From a candidate division WOR-1 bacterium RIFCSPHIGHO2_01_FULL_53_15 (GTDB lineage: Bacteria; Margulisbacteria; WOR-1; O2-12-FULL-45-9; XYB2-FULL-48-7), in contig METM01000020.1 in the NCBI GenBank assembly GCA_001772335.1, forward strand, positions 17,795 to 81,794: 64,000 nt of DNA, written 5' to 3'. Of the stretch, positions 1-7,846 are shown piece by piece. The position numbers were made by a program, and so were the translations under genes. How positions within the stretch are numbered: the first letter of the stretch is position 1; every line of letters begins with the position of its first letter. The notes beneath the pieces were generated by a model that searched no databases, was not told where the DNA came from, and saw only the letters and a list, made by a program, of their open reading frames with translations.

Positions 1-833
1 GTCAACTGGCGCCAGACAAAGAGCATAGGGATAGCGGTCAAAAAGGCCGCCGCTAAAATGCCGGCGATCGTCGGCGGGTCGGCATTCAAGACATACTTGG
101 CAAAGAACGGGATGGCGGCCAGGATCGTCAGAAAACTATACTGGACGAAAAGATTGGCAAAGACAAAGGCCAGGAACGAGCGGTTCTTGAGCGTGGCCAT
201 GAGCGCCTGGCCGATTGGTAATTTCCGATCCCGCTCGTAGGCCGCACTCTCCCGGCTTCCCCAGATGGCAGCGCCCAAAGAGAGAACGATGACCGCTCCG
301 AAGATGCCACCCATCACGCCCCAGCCCCAACGTGAAAATATGAGCGGCGGCAGTGCGATTCCGATCAGTAGTCCGATGAAACCAAAACTTTGGCGGTAAG
401 AGTTGACCTCGGCCCTCTCCTTGAAGCGGGGATACATCTCCGGGAAAAGGGCGGCCCAGTTGAGGATCGTCATCGAATAGAAACCATCGAAGAGGCAGAC
501 AATGACCACAAAATAGATGAAGAGCGGCGCCACCTGCCCCAGGTCGCGGAACGGCGGGACCCAGAGAAGAAAATAGATCAGGCCGAACGGCAGGGCGCCG
601 AGGATGAGATACGGCAGCCGCTTGCCCCAATGGCTGCGGGTGCGGTCGGAGAGATAACCGATGACCGGGTCGTTGATGGCGTTCCAGATCGCGAAGACAA
701 GCATGCCGGCGGCGGCCAGATAGACCGGCATTTTGGCTACATCGACATAGAAAAAAAGGATGTAAGTGGAAAAGGCCTGATAAGAGACGGCGGTGGCCAC
801 CGCGCCCAAACTATAGGCGAGTTTCTTGATCAA
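1..833 (-). CDS. MFS transporter of the GPH (glycoside-pentoside-hexuronide:cation symporter) family. It is partial, with the C-terminus beyond the window start.
   Basis: I translated the minus strand by hand in the frame that is not in the ORF track. The N-terminus reads M/L-IKKLAYSLGAVATAVSYQAF...DPVIGYLSDRTRSHWGKRLPY, the GPH/MelB signature D-x-x-G-x-LSDRT-x-x-x-GKR-x-P, with multiple TM helices. The likely TTG start at 831-833 overlaps the cobO stop. The listed 136..630 ORF is an out-of-frame artefact. Confidence 0.6.
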   Translation of the reverse strand, partial: MIKKLAYSLGAVATAVSYQAFSTYILFFYVDVAKMPVYLAAAGMLVFAIWNAINDPVIGYLSDRTRSHWGKRLPYLILGALPFGLIYFLLWVPPFRDLGQVAPLFIYFVVIVCLFDGFYSMTILNWAALFPEMYPRFKERAEVNSYRQSFGFIGLLIGIALPPLIFSRWGWGVMGGIFGAVIVLSLGAAIWGSRESAAYERDRKLPIGQALMATLKNRSFLAFVFANLFVQYSFLTILAAIPFFAKYVLNADPPTIAGILAAAFLTAIPMLFVWRQL

Positions 834-1339
834 TATTCGATCCCTTTCCTGGCTTGAATTCCGCGGTCAAAGACATGCTTGACCTTTTTGACAACGGAGA
901 CGCCGTCGGCGATCTTATAGAGGCGGGTCGAGGCATGCCGGCCGGTCAGGACGACGTCGACCGACTTCGGGACTTTCTTCAGGAAAGCGATCACATCTTT
1001 TTCGGGGACCATCTTCGCCGCCATGGCCAGGTTGAGTTCATCGAGGATCAATAGATCTGGTTTCGACCTGACCGCTCGCCGGGCGAATTCGAAACCTTTC
1101 CGCGCCAGGGCTTTGTCCGCCTCGTCCGGGTCACGCAGGTTGACGAACCCCGGCCGGCCGAACTGGAATACTTTCAAATATGGTTTCAGCTTTTGGGCAA
1201 TCTTGAACTCGCCGGTATCTTTGCGCCCTTTGAGGAACTGGATCATCACGACTTTGCGCTTCTGCCCAACCGAGCGCAGGGCGAGCCCCAGCGCCGCGAT
1301 GGTTTTGCCGCCGCCTTCGCCGGTGAACAAATAGATCAT
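830..1339 (-). CDS. cobO: ATP:cob(I)alamin (corrinoid) adenosyltransferase, CobO/BtuR family
   Basis: The protein reads MIYLFTGEGGGKTIAALG...LLILDELN, the P-loop and layout of CobA/CobO. The ATG at 1337-1339 overlaps the nrdJ stop (ATGA), so I prefer this start over the upstream in-frame M at 1357. Confidence 0.8.
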   Translation of the reverse strand: MIYLFTGEGGGKTIAALGLALRSVGQKRKVVMIQFLKGRKDTGEFKIAQKLKPYLKVFQFGRPGFVNLRDPDEADKALARKGFEFARRAVRSKPDLLILDELNLAMAAKMVPEKDVIAFLKKVPKSVDVVLTGRHASTRLYKIADGVSVVKKVKHVFDRGIQARKGIEY

Positions 1340-2856
1340 AGCGCGCACTCCGGACAACCGCTGTCCTCGAGGTAGAGCACCTGCTGAGGTTTACTGCCGT
1401 AACGGTAAACGGTTATCCCCTTGCATTTTAACTCATAAGCTAACAAATAAGAACGGCGCACATCGTCGACCGTCGCTTTTTCCGGCAGGTTGATCGTTTT
1501 TGAGACGGCGTTATCGACGTGTTTCTGGAAGGCGGCCTGCATCCTGACGTGCCACTCGGGGGCGATCTCTAGCGCGGCAACAACCGCGTCCTTCTGTTTT
1601 GTGTTGAGTTTGTGGTGGAGCCGGACGCCGCCCAGCACTTCCTTGACAAACTCGGCGGCAAAAAGCGGCTCGATCCCCGACGAGCAGTTGGCAATCAGGC
1701 TGATCGTGCCGGTGGGGGCGATCGTGCAGACGGTATAGTTCCGTTTTGAGCGTTTGCGGGCGTGAGAATAGATGAATGCCATCAATTTCTCGCCGAGGCC
1801 GATGGCTTCCTCCGTATTATAGCGCACCCCCATCTCGATCAGCAGCTCGGCAAAGCCCATGACGCCGAGCCCGATCTTGCGGGTGCGCAAAGTGGCTTTC
1901 TTTATTTCTGGGACAGGATAACGATTCTTATCAATAACATTATCCAAAAATGGGACGGCAATCTTAATTGTCCTTTCAAGTTTTAACCAATCGATTTCTT
2001 GCCCGTTCAGCATTTTCGTTAAATTTATGGAGCCAAGATTGCAACTTTCATAAGGCAACAAAGGCAATTCACCACAAGGATTCGTCGCCTCGATCGTGCC
2101 GAATTTTTTGGCCGGATGGCGGCGGTTGATCTCGTCGATAAAGATGAGGCCGGGGTCGCCGGTCTGCCAGGCGTTTTCGGCGATCTTATCGAACACCTCT
2201 GGCGCCTTGGCATAGGCAACGACCTTTTGCGTGCGCGGATTGATCAGCTCGTATTTCTCACCGTCCTTGACCGATTGCATGAACCGGTCGGTCGCCGCAA
2301 CGGAGATGTTGAAATTAGAAAGCGTCTCCCCTTGCCGCTTGGCGGCGATGAACTCGAGGATGTCGGGATGATGAACCGAAAGTATCCCCATGTTGGCGCC
2401 GCGGCGTTTGCCGCCCTGCTTGATGACATCGGTCGTGGCGTTAAAGATGTTCATAAATGAGACGGGGCCGGAGGCCACGCCGTGCGTGCTTCTCACGATG
2501 TCAGCCTTGGGGCGCAGGTGCGAGAAAGAGAAGCCGGTGCCGCCGCCCGACTGCTGGATGAGCGCCACATGCTTGAGCGTCGTGAAGATCGAGCCGAGGT
2601 CGTCATCAACTGGCAAAACAAAACAGGCCGAGAGTTGTCCCAGCGGCGTGCCGGCGTTCATGAGCGTTGGGGTGTTGGGCAGGAATTCCAGGTTCGACAT
2701 CAGGCCGTAAAAGACCTTTGCCTGCTCTTTGGTTTTCGCCACGCCGCGGGCGACACGGTGAAATAGTTGGTCGGGGGTTTCGATGATGTTGCCGGCGTCG
2801 TCTTTTAAAAGATAGCGTTTCTCGAGGACCGTTAGCGCGTTCGGAGAGAGCTCCAT
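1336..2856 (-). CDS. nrdJ: Class II (adenosylcobalamin-dependent) ribonucleotide reductase NrdJ, compact monomeric type
   Basis: 506 aa, with LPNTPTLMNAGT, SACFV, GGGTGFSFSHLRP and ATNPCGE motifs characteristic of B12-dependent RNR. It ends in a C-terminal CPEC redox tail. Confidence 0.85.
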   Translation of the reverse strand: MELSPNALTVLEKRYLLKDDAGNIIETPDQLFHRVARGVAKTKEQAKVFYGLMSNLEFLPNTPTLMNAGTPLGQLSACFVLPVDDDLGSIFTTLKHVALIQQSGGGTGFSFSHLRPKADIVRSTHGVASGPVSFMNIFNATTDVIKQGGKRRGANMGILSVHHPDILEFIAAKRQGETLSNFNISVAATDRFMQSVKDGEKYELINPRTQKVVAYAKAPEVFDKIAENAWQTGDPGLIFIDEINRRHPAKKFGTIEATNPCGELPLLPYESCNLGSINLTKMLNGQEIDWLKLERTIKIAVPFLDNVIDKNRYPVPEIKKATLRTRKIGLGVMGFAELLIEMGVRYNTEEAIGLGEKLMAFIYSHARKRSKRNYTVCTIAPTGTISLIANCSSGIEPLFAAEFVKEVLGGVRLHHKLNTKQKDAVVAALEIAPEWHVRMQAAFQKHVDNAVSKTINLPEKATVDDVRRSYLLAYELKCKGITVYRYGSKPQQVLYLEDSGCPECAL

Positions 2857-2874
2857 TTAACCCTCCGGGGGCTT

Positions 2875-3048
2875 CTAAATGTTTATCGCTTCGACCGGGC
2901 AGGCGTCGGCCACTTCTTCCAAACTGTGCAGCTCGCACTCGTGCGCGGTCGCCTGCGCCTTCCCTTCTTCGGTGCTGGTAAAGATCTCGGGACACATGTC
3001 GTAGCAGATGCCGCAGCCGGTACATAATGATTGATCTACCGATACCAT
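2875..3048 (-). CDS. Small [4Fe-4S] ferredoxin (57 aa). It is not in the ORF track because it is under 60 aa.
   Basis: Hand translation gives MVSVDQSLCTGCGICYDMCPEIFTSTEEGKAQATAHECELHSLEEVADACPVEAINI. It has a CxxCxxCxxxCP cluster motif plus a distal C...CP. It fills the gap between phoU and nrdJ on the same strand. Confidence 0.7.
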   Translation of the reverse strand: MVSVDQSLCTGCGICYDMCPEIFTSTEEGKAQATAHECELHSLEEVADACPVEAINI

Positions 3049-3054
3049 GATTTA

Positions 3055-3063
3055 ATTATACCA
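3055..3063 (-). promoter_or_regulatory. Extended -10 element (TGGTATAAT on the minus strand) ending 6 nt upstream of the ferredoxin ATG. This implies a leaderless transcript.
   Basis: The minus strand reads TGTGGTATAATTAAATC-ATG. There is no Shine-Dalgarno sequence. The same TGnTA(T/A)AAT-then-ATG pattern is seen upstream of pstS, hydG and ychF. Confidence 0.4.
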
Positions 3064-3066
3064 CAA

Positions 3067-3732
3067 CTATTTCGGGGCGTGCTTGATGACTTTGCCTTCC
3101 ACCATATAGACGACGTCTTCGCCGATATTGGTCGTGTGGTCGGCGATCCGCTCGAGATGCCTGGCGATCAGGATGAGCGGCAGAGCTCGGGAAATGGTGG
3201 ACGGGTCCTTGGTCATGATCCCTACCAATTCGTCATGGATCAGGTCGCGATAGCCGTCGGCTTTTTCCTCATCTGCCCAGAGTCCCCGCGCCATCGCCGC
3301 ATCGCGTTTGACGAAAGAGTCAAGCGCCCGGTGGACCATCTTTTCCGCCAGTTCCGCCATTTTGGGAATGTCTTCGAGCGGCTTGAGGAGCGGCTGTTTG
3401 GAGAGCTCGAAGGCGCGCAAAGCGATATCGACCGCCAGGTCGCCGATCCGTTCGATGTCCGAGGCGATGCGCATGCCGGTCGTAATAAAGCGCAAGTCGA
3501 TCGCCATCGGCTGCTGCGTCGCCAGGAGCTCCAGGCAGAGCTCATCGATCTCCAGCTCGAGCTTGTCGATCCCGTCATCTAATTTAATGACCTGATCGGC
3601 CATTTTGGCATCCGACTTCTTGAGCGCCTCGACCGAATTGAAAATGCTCTTCTCGACCATTCCCCCCATTTTTAAGATGAGGTCGTTCAACTTCGCCAGC
3701 TCCTTTTGAAAGTGCTCCCTCTGTTCTATCAT
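3067..3732 (-). CDS. phoU: Phosphate transport system regulator PhoU
   Basis: 221 aa with two PhoU repeats (DxxIDxLE, ERIGDLAVDIA, ERIADHTTNI). It lies at the 3' end of the pst operon. Confidence 0.9.
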   Translation of the reverse strand: MIEQREHFQKELAKLNDLILKMGGMVEKSIFNSVEALKKSDAKMADQVIKLDDGIDKLELEIDELCLELLATQQPMAIDLRFITTGMRIASDIERIGDLAVDIALRAFELSKQPLLKPLEDIPKMAELAEKMVHRALDSFVKRDAAMARGLWADEEKADGYRDLIHDELVGIMTKDPSTISRALPLILIARHLERIADHTTNIGEDVVYMVEGKVIKHAPK

Positions 3733-4481
3733 TAACCAAACCTCCCTGTGATGTAATCCTCCGTCCGTTTATCAGCCGGGGTCGTGAAGATCTTTTTCGT
3801 GTCGGCAAACTCGACCAGCTCGCCCAGGAGCAGATAGCCGCAATCGTCGGAGATGCGCGCCGCCTGCTGCATGTTGTGCGTCACGATAACGATAGTATAC
3901 TGCTTTTTCAGTTCGATCATCAACTCTTCGATTTTCATGGTCGCAAAGGGGTCGAGCGCCGAACAGGGCTCATCCATCAGCAGGACCTCCGGCGTGACGG
4001 ACAAAAGCCGCGCGATGCAGAGGCGCTGCTGCTGCTCGAGCGAGAGGCCGAGGGCGTTCATTGAGAGCTTGTCTTTTAGCTCATCGAACAGGAGCACGGC
4101 CGACAAACTCTTCTCCGCCGCCTCGGCCAAAACCTGTTTGTTCTTTTCGCCGTGGACGCGCAGGCCATAGACGACATTCTCGAAGACCGAGAGAGGGAAG
4201 GGATTAGGGCGTTGAAAGACCATGCCGATCCTTTTGCGCAGGGTGATCAGGTCAATTTCATGGTCAAGGATCTCCTTGCCCTCGAAATTGACGCTGCCCG
4301 ACATCCTGACACCCTCGATCAGGTCGTTCATCCGGTTAAAGACGCGCAGGAGCGTCGACTTGCCGCAGCCCGACGGCCCGATCAGCGCGGTGATCCGGTT
4401 GCGCTCGATCGCCAGGTCAACATCGATCAGCGCTTGGAATGCGCCATACCATAGGTTCAATTTGTTCGTTTTGATGATCAT
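3732..4481 (-). CDS. pstB: Phosphate ABC transporter ATP-binding protein PstB (copy 2). Walker A, Q-loop and H-loop are canonical, but the signature motif is degenerate.
   Basis: It carries [30 protein letters not shown] and VTHNMQQ. The signature reads [13 protein letters not shown] instead of [13 protein letters not shown]. Confidence 0.9.
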   Translation of the reverse strand: MIIKTNKLNLWYGAFQALIDVDLAIERNRITALIGPSGCGKSTLLRVFNRMNDLIEGVRMSGSVNFEGKEILDHEIDLITLRKRIGMVFQRPNPFPLSVFENVVYGLRVHGEKNKQVLAEAAEKSLSAVLLFDELKDKLSMNALGLSLEQQQRLCIARLLSVTPEVLLMDEPCSALDPFATMKIEELMIELKKQYTIVIVTHNMQQAARISDDCGYLLLGELVEFADTKKIFTTPADKRTEDYITGRFG

Positions 4482-5230
4482 TATCCGAATCTCCCGGTAA
4501 TATAATCTTCAGTGCGCTTGTCTTTAGGCACGGTAAAGACCTGTTTCGTCTCGCCGATCTCGATCATCTCGCCCATCAGGAAGAAAGCTGTCCGGTTGGA
4601 GACGCGGGCCGACTGCTTGACGTTGTTGGTTACGAGTATCTGGGTGTAATTTTTCTTGAGCTCCTGCATCGCCTCTTCGACCTTCAGCGTGGAAATAGGG
4701 TCAAGCCCCGAGCACGGCTCATCATAGAGGATAACCTCCGGCTCGACCGCCAACGTCCGCGCAATGCAGAGCCGCTGCTGCTGCCCGCCGGAGAGTTTAA
4801 AGGCATTCGTCTGCAGACGATCTTTGACTTCATCCCAGATAGCGGCGGCTTTCAGCGATTTCTCAACGATTTCAGAGAGCCGCGCCCGGTTTTTTATGCC
4901 ATGCATTCTCGGCCCGTAGGCAATGTTGTCAAAAATGGAAAGAGGGAAAGGAAGAGGAAGCGCAAAAACGATTCCGACCCTTTTTCTCACCGAGTGTTTA
5001 TCGATCTCTTTTATTCTCACTCCGTCCAGAAGGATTTCTCCACTGGTTCTGGAATTTGGATAAAGTTCGTTCAAACGGTTCAGGGCCTTCAGAAACGACG
5101 TCTTGCCGCTGTTGGAAGGGCCGATGATTCCAAGGATATCATGCTCCTTGACCTCCAGCGACAAGTTCTTGACCGCGTGGACGCCCTCAAAGAAGACGTT
5201 CAGGTTCTTAACTTCGATTTTGTTCACCAC
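4481..5230 (-). CDS. pstB: PstB paralog (copy 1). The signature motif is intact but the Q-loop and H-loop are substituted.
   Basis: It carries [22 protein letters not shown] and [11 protein letters not shown]. The Q-loop reads [10 protein letters not shown] (Q to A) and the H-loop reads VTNNVKQ (H to N). Confidence 0.85.
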   Translation of the reverse strand: MVNKIEVKNLNVFFEGVHAVKNLSLEVKEHDILGIIGPSNSGKTSFLKALNRLNELYPNSRTSGEILLDGVRIKEIDKHSVRKRVGIVFALPLPFPLSIFDNIAYGPRMHGIKNRARLSEIVEKSLKAAAIWDEVKDRLQTNAFKLSGGQQQRLCIARTLAVEPEVILYDEPCSGLDPISTLKVEEAMQELKKNYTQILVTNNVKQSARVSNRTAFFLMGEMIEIGETKQVFTVPKDKRTEDYITGRFG

Positions 5231-6072
5231 GTCTTCCTCTTTCTAAACCGCGCCCGGATATAAGCAGCGATAACGTTCAGAATAAAGATCATGCCGACCA
5301 GGACGAGAACCGTGCCGTATTGGATCTTGACGCTGACGCCCGGCACCTGGGTTGAGAGAACATATATATGGTACGGCAAAGCCATGGCCTGGTCATAGAC
5401 CGATTGCGGCAGGCGGGGCAGGTAAAAAGCCGCCACCGTAAAGAGGATCGGCGCCGTCTCGCCGGCGGCGCGAGAGAGCTCCAGAATGGTTCCGGTCATG
5501 ATCCCCGGCACGGCATTGGGCAGGACAACGTGGCGCACCGTCTGCCAGCGCGAAGCGCCCAGCGAATAGCTGACTTCACGAAACGAACGAGGCACGGCGC
5601 CGAGCGCCTCGCGGGTGGCGGTGATGATCACCGGCAAGCCCTCGATCGCCAGCGTCAGGGAACCGGCCAGAATTGACGAGCCAAAATTGAGAAAAATGAC
5701 AAAAAGTCCCAGGCCGAACAGGCCGTAGACGATCGAGGGAACGCCGGCCAGATTAATGATGGCCAGCTCGATCAGCCGCGTCAGCCGGCTTTTTGGCGCG
5801 TATTCATTCAGATAGATCGCCGCCAGGATCCCCAGCGGGATGGAAAAAACTGCCGCGCCCAGCACCAGGTAAGTTGTGCCAACGATAGCCGGGAAAATGC
5901 CGCCCGCCCGCATCCCCTCGCGCGGCATACTAAAAATAAATTCCAGCGAAAGACCGGGTAAGCCGCGGAACAGGACTAGCAGGACGATTAGCGCTACCGG
6001 GATGACGATCAGGATCGTGGCTGCTTGCAGACAGGCAAAAGCTATTCGCTGGGTACGATTGGTGTCTCTCAT
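5224..6072 (-). CDS. pstA: Phosphate ABC transporter permease PstA
   Basis: 282 aa polytopic membrane protein with an EAA-like loop (ALGAVPRSFREVSYSLGASRWQT). Its position in the operon fits. Confidence 0.9.
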   Translation of the reverse strand: MRDTNRTQRIAFACLQAATILIVIPVALIVLLVLFRGLPGLSLEFIFSMPREGMRAGGIFPAIVGTTYLVLGAAVFSIPLGILAAIYLNEYAPKSRLTRLIELAIINLAGVPSIVYGLFGLGLFVIFLNFGSSILAGSLTLAIEGLPVIITATREALGAVPRSFREVSYSLGASRWQTVRHVVLPNAVPGIMTGTILELSRAAGETAPILFTVAAFYLPRLPQSVYDQAMALPYHIYVLSTQVPGVSVKIQYGTVLVLVGMIFILNVIAAYIRARFRKRKTW

Positions 6073-6938
6073 CTGGCCGCCTTCCTGTGCAAAAAGAGAT
6101 CGGCCAGCAGGTTAATGACGAAGCTGATAATAAAAAGAACAATGCCGATGGCGAACAGTGCGTAATAATGCTCACTGCCGGAGACCGCCTCCCCCATCTC
6201 GGCGGCGATCGTCGCCGTCAGCGTCCTGACCGGCTGGAGTATGCTCGTCGGCAGGACCGCCGCGTTGCCGGTGATCATGAGGACCGCCATCGTCTCGCCA
6301 ATCACCCGTCCTATACCAAGCATGACGGCCGCCAGGATGCCGGACGAGGCGGCCGGCAGGACAACGCGATAAATAGTCTGCCAGTGGGTGGCCCCCAGCG
6401 CCAACGACCCCTCGCGATAGTTCTTGGGTACGGAGACGATGGCGTCTTCGATGATCGAAACGATCGTCGGCATTGCCATGAAGGCCAGCATGATCGAGCC
6501 GGCCAGCGCGGTCAGCCCGCTCGACAGGTGAAAAACCGATTTTAAAAAGGGCGCCAGGGTCACAATACCGATAAAACCGAGAACGATGCTGGGAAAGGCG
6601 GCCAGAAGCTCAATACCCGATTTGAGGATATCGCGCAATTTGGGCGGCGCCACCTCGGCCACGTAAATGGCCGACGCCAGGCCCAGCGGCACCGCGATCA
6701 CGATCGCCCCCAGTGTTACCAGGAGCGATCCCAGAAATAGCGGCAGGATACCGAAACGCGGCGGATCGGAGATTGGGTACCAGTTCTTGCCAAAAAGAAA
6801 ACCGGTTAAGCTTTCGGTCTGGAAGAGCGCCAGACCTTCCTTGAGCAAAAAGAAAAAGATCAGCACCACGAAAATGATCGAGGCGATCCCCGAAAGGAAG
6901 ATCGCCCGCTCGATCAGGAATTCGAAGGCTCTTTTCAC
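6069..6938 (-). CDS. pstC: Phosphate ABC transporter permease PstC
   Basis: 289 aa polytopic membrane protein with SLALGATHWQT. It overlaps pstA by 4 nt. Confidence 0.9.
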   Translation of the reverse strand: MKRAFEFLIERAIFLSGIASIIFVVLIFFFLLKEGLALFQTESLTGFLFGKNWYPISDPPRFGILPLFLGSLLVTLGAIVIAVPLGLASAIYVAEVAPPKLRDILKSGIELLAAFPSIVLGFIGIVTLAPFLKSVFHLSSGLTALAGSIMLAFMAMPTIVSIIEDAIVSVPKNYREGSLALGATHWQTIYRVVLPAASSGILAAVMLGIGRVIGETMAVLMITGNAAVLPTSILQPVRTLTATIAAEMGEAVSGSEHYYALFAIGIVLFIISFVINLLADLFLHRKAAR

Positions 6939-7786
6939 TTGATAGGCACAAAATCCATTTTGAGCACGACCTTTTGGCCAGCGTCGCTTAAGATATAATC
7001 AATGAAGGCCCTGGCTTCGCCCGACGGCTCGCCGTTGGTGTAAAAGAGAAGCGAGCGGGAGATCGGATACTGGCCGCTGGTCACGGTCTTAACCGAAGGA
7101 ACAACATAGGCCGAGCCGCTGTTTTTCGCCACCGCCAGCGCTTTCTCCTGCGCCGTCAAATAACCGAGACCGACATAGCCGATCGCCGATGTGTTGGCTT
7201 TAACCTCTTCGATGATCGCCTGTGAAGAAGGCATCATCAGGACAGGGGGGGCAAATTCATTGGGGTTCTTTTTTTGAGCTAGCTTGACCACATGTTCAAG
7301 GAAGAATACGTGTGTGCCGGAGTTCCTCTCGCGCGAGAGGGCGACGATCTTTGAGTCCGTCCCGCCCATCTCTTTCCAGTTCTTGATCTTGCCAGTGTAG
7401 ATATCCGAGAGCTGTTGGATCGTCAATTTGCCGACCGGGTTGGCTGGATTGACGACGATCGTGATACCGTCATTGGCCACGTGAATCTCCTGCGGGGATA
7501 TTCCTCTCTTTTTGGCCATGGCAATTTCTTTCGGTTCGATATTCCTTGATGACTCGGCAATGTCGGTCGTTCCCTGGATCATCGCCGCGATCCCGGTCCC
7601 TGAGCCGCCGCCGGTCACTGCGATCGAAATCGCCGGGTTAAGTTTCATAAAATCCTCGGCCCAGGCCTGGCCAAGGTTCACCATCGTGTCCGAGCCCTTG
7701 ATTTGAAGAGCTTTTTTCCCGCCGCCGCAGCCAGCAAGGGCAAAGGCAAGTAAGGATACCGCGAACAGAAACGCAATTTTTTTCAT
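6935..7786 (-). CDS. pstS: Phosphate-binding lipoprotein PstS
   Basis: The signal peptide plus lipobox reads MKKIAFLFAVSLLAFALAGCGGG. The rest is a PBP-like fold with SGTGIAAMIQGTTDIA. Confidence 0.9.
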   Translation of the reverse strand: MKKIAFLFAVSLLAFALAGCGGGKKALQIKGSDTMVNLGQAWAEDFMKLNPAISIAVTGGGSGTGIAAMIQGTTDIAESSRNIEPKEIAMAKKRGISPQEIHVANDGITIVVNPANPVGKLTIQQLSDIYTGKIKNWKEMGGTDSKIVALSRERNSGTHVFFLEHVVKLAQKKNPNEFAPPVLMMPSSQAIIEEVKANTSAIGYVGLGYLTAQEKALAVAKNSGSAYVVPSVKTVTSGQYPISRSLLFYTNGEPSGEARAFIDYILSDAGQKVVLKMDFVPIK

Positions 7787-7793
7787 GCTTCTA

Positions 7794-7846
7794 TTATCGG
7801 CGATGAGAATGAAGGTTTGATGACAGAAATGTTAAAAGCATGTAAA
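7794..7846 (-). promoter_or_regulatory. pstS promoter. Pho-box-like heptamer direct repeats sit at 11-bp spacing, with a -10 (GATAAT) 7 nt before the ATG.
   Basis: The minus strand reads TTTACAT-gctt-TTAACAT-tt-CTGTCAT-caaa-CCTTCAT...GATAAT-agaagc-ATG. The CTGTCAT-type repeats resemble the PhoB binding consensus. Confidence 0.45.

Noticed and set aside
136-630. 164-aa minus-strand ORF at the window start
   Set aside because: Its translation is Arg/Pro/Gly-rich nonsense. A different minus-strand frame gives a clean GPH-family transporter, so the listed ORF is an out-of-frame shadow.
2606-3025. 139-aa ORF that could be read as an N-terminal extension of nrdJ
   Set aside because: It is in the wrong frame relative to nrdJ, Arg-rich and low-complexity. 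The gap is instead explained by a well-formed ferredoxin gene.
3031-3582. 183-aa plus-strand ORF plus several others antisense to phoU/pst genes (3853..4170, 5368..5676, 6087..6545)
   Set aside because: They are fully antisense to strongly supported Pho-regulon genes. Their composition is typical of high-GC antisense frames, and they have no motifs.
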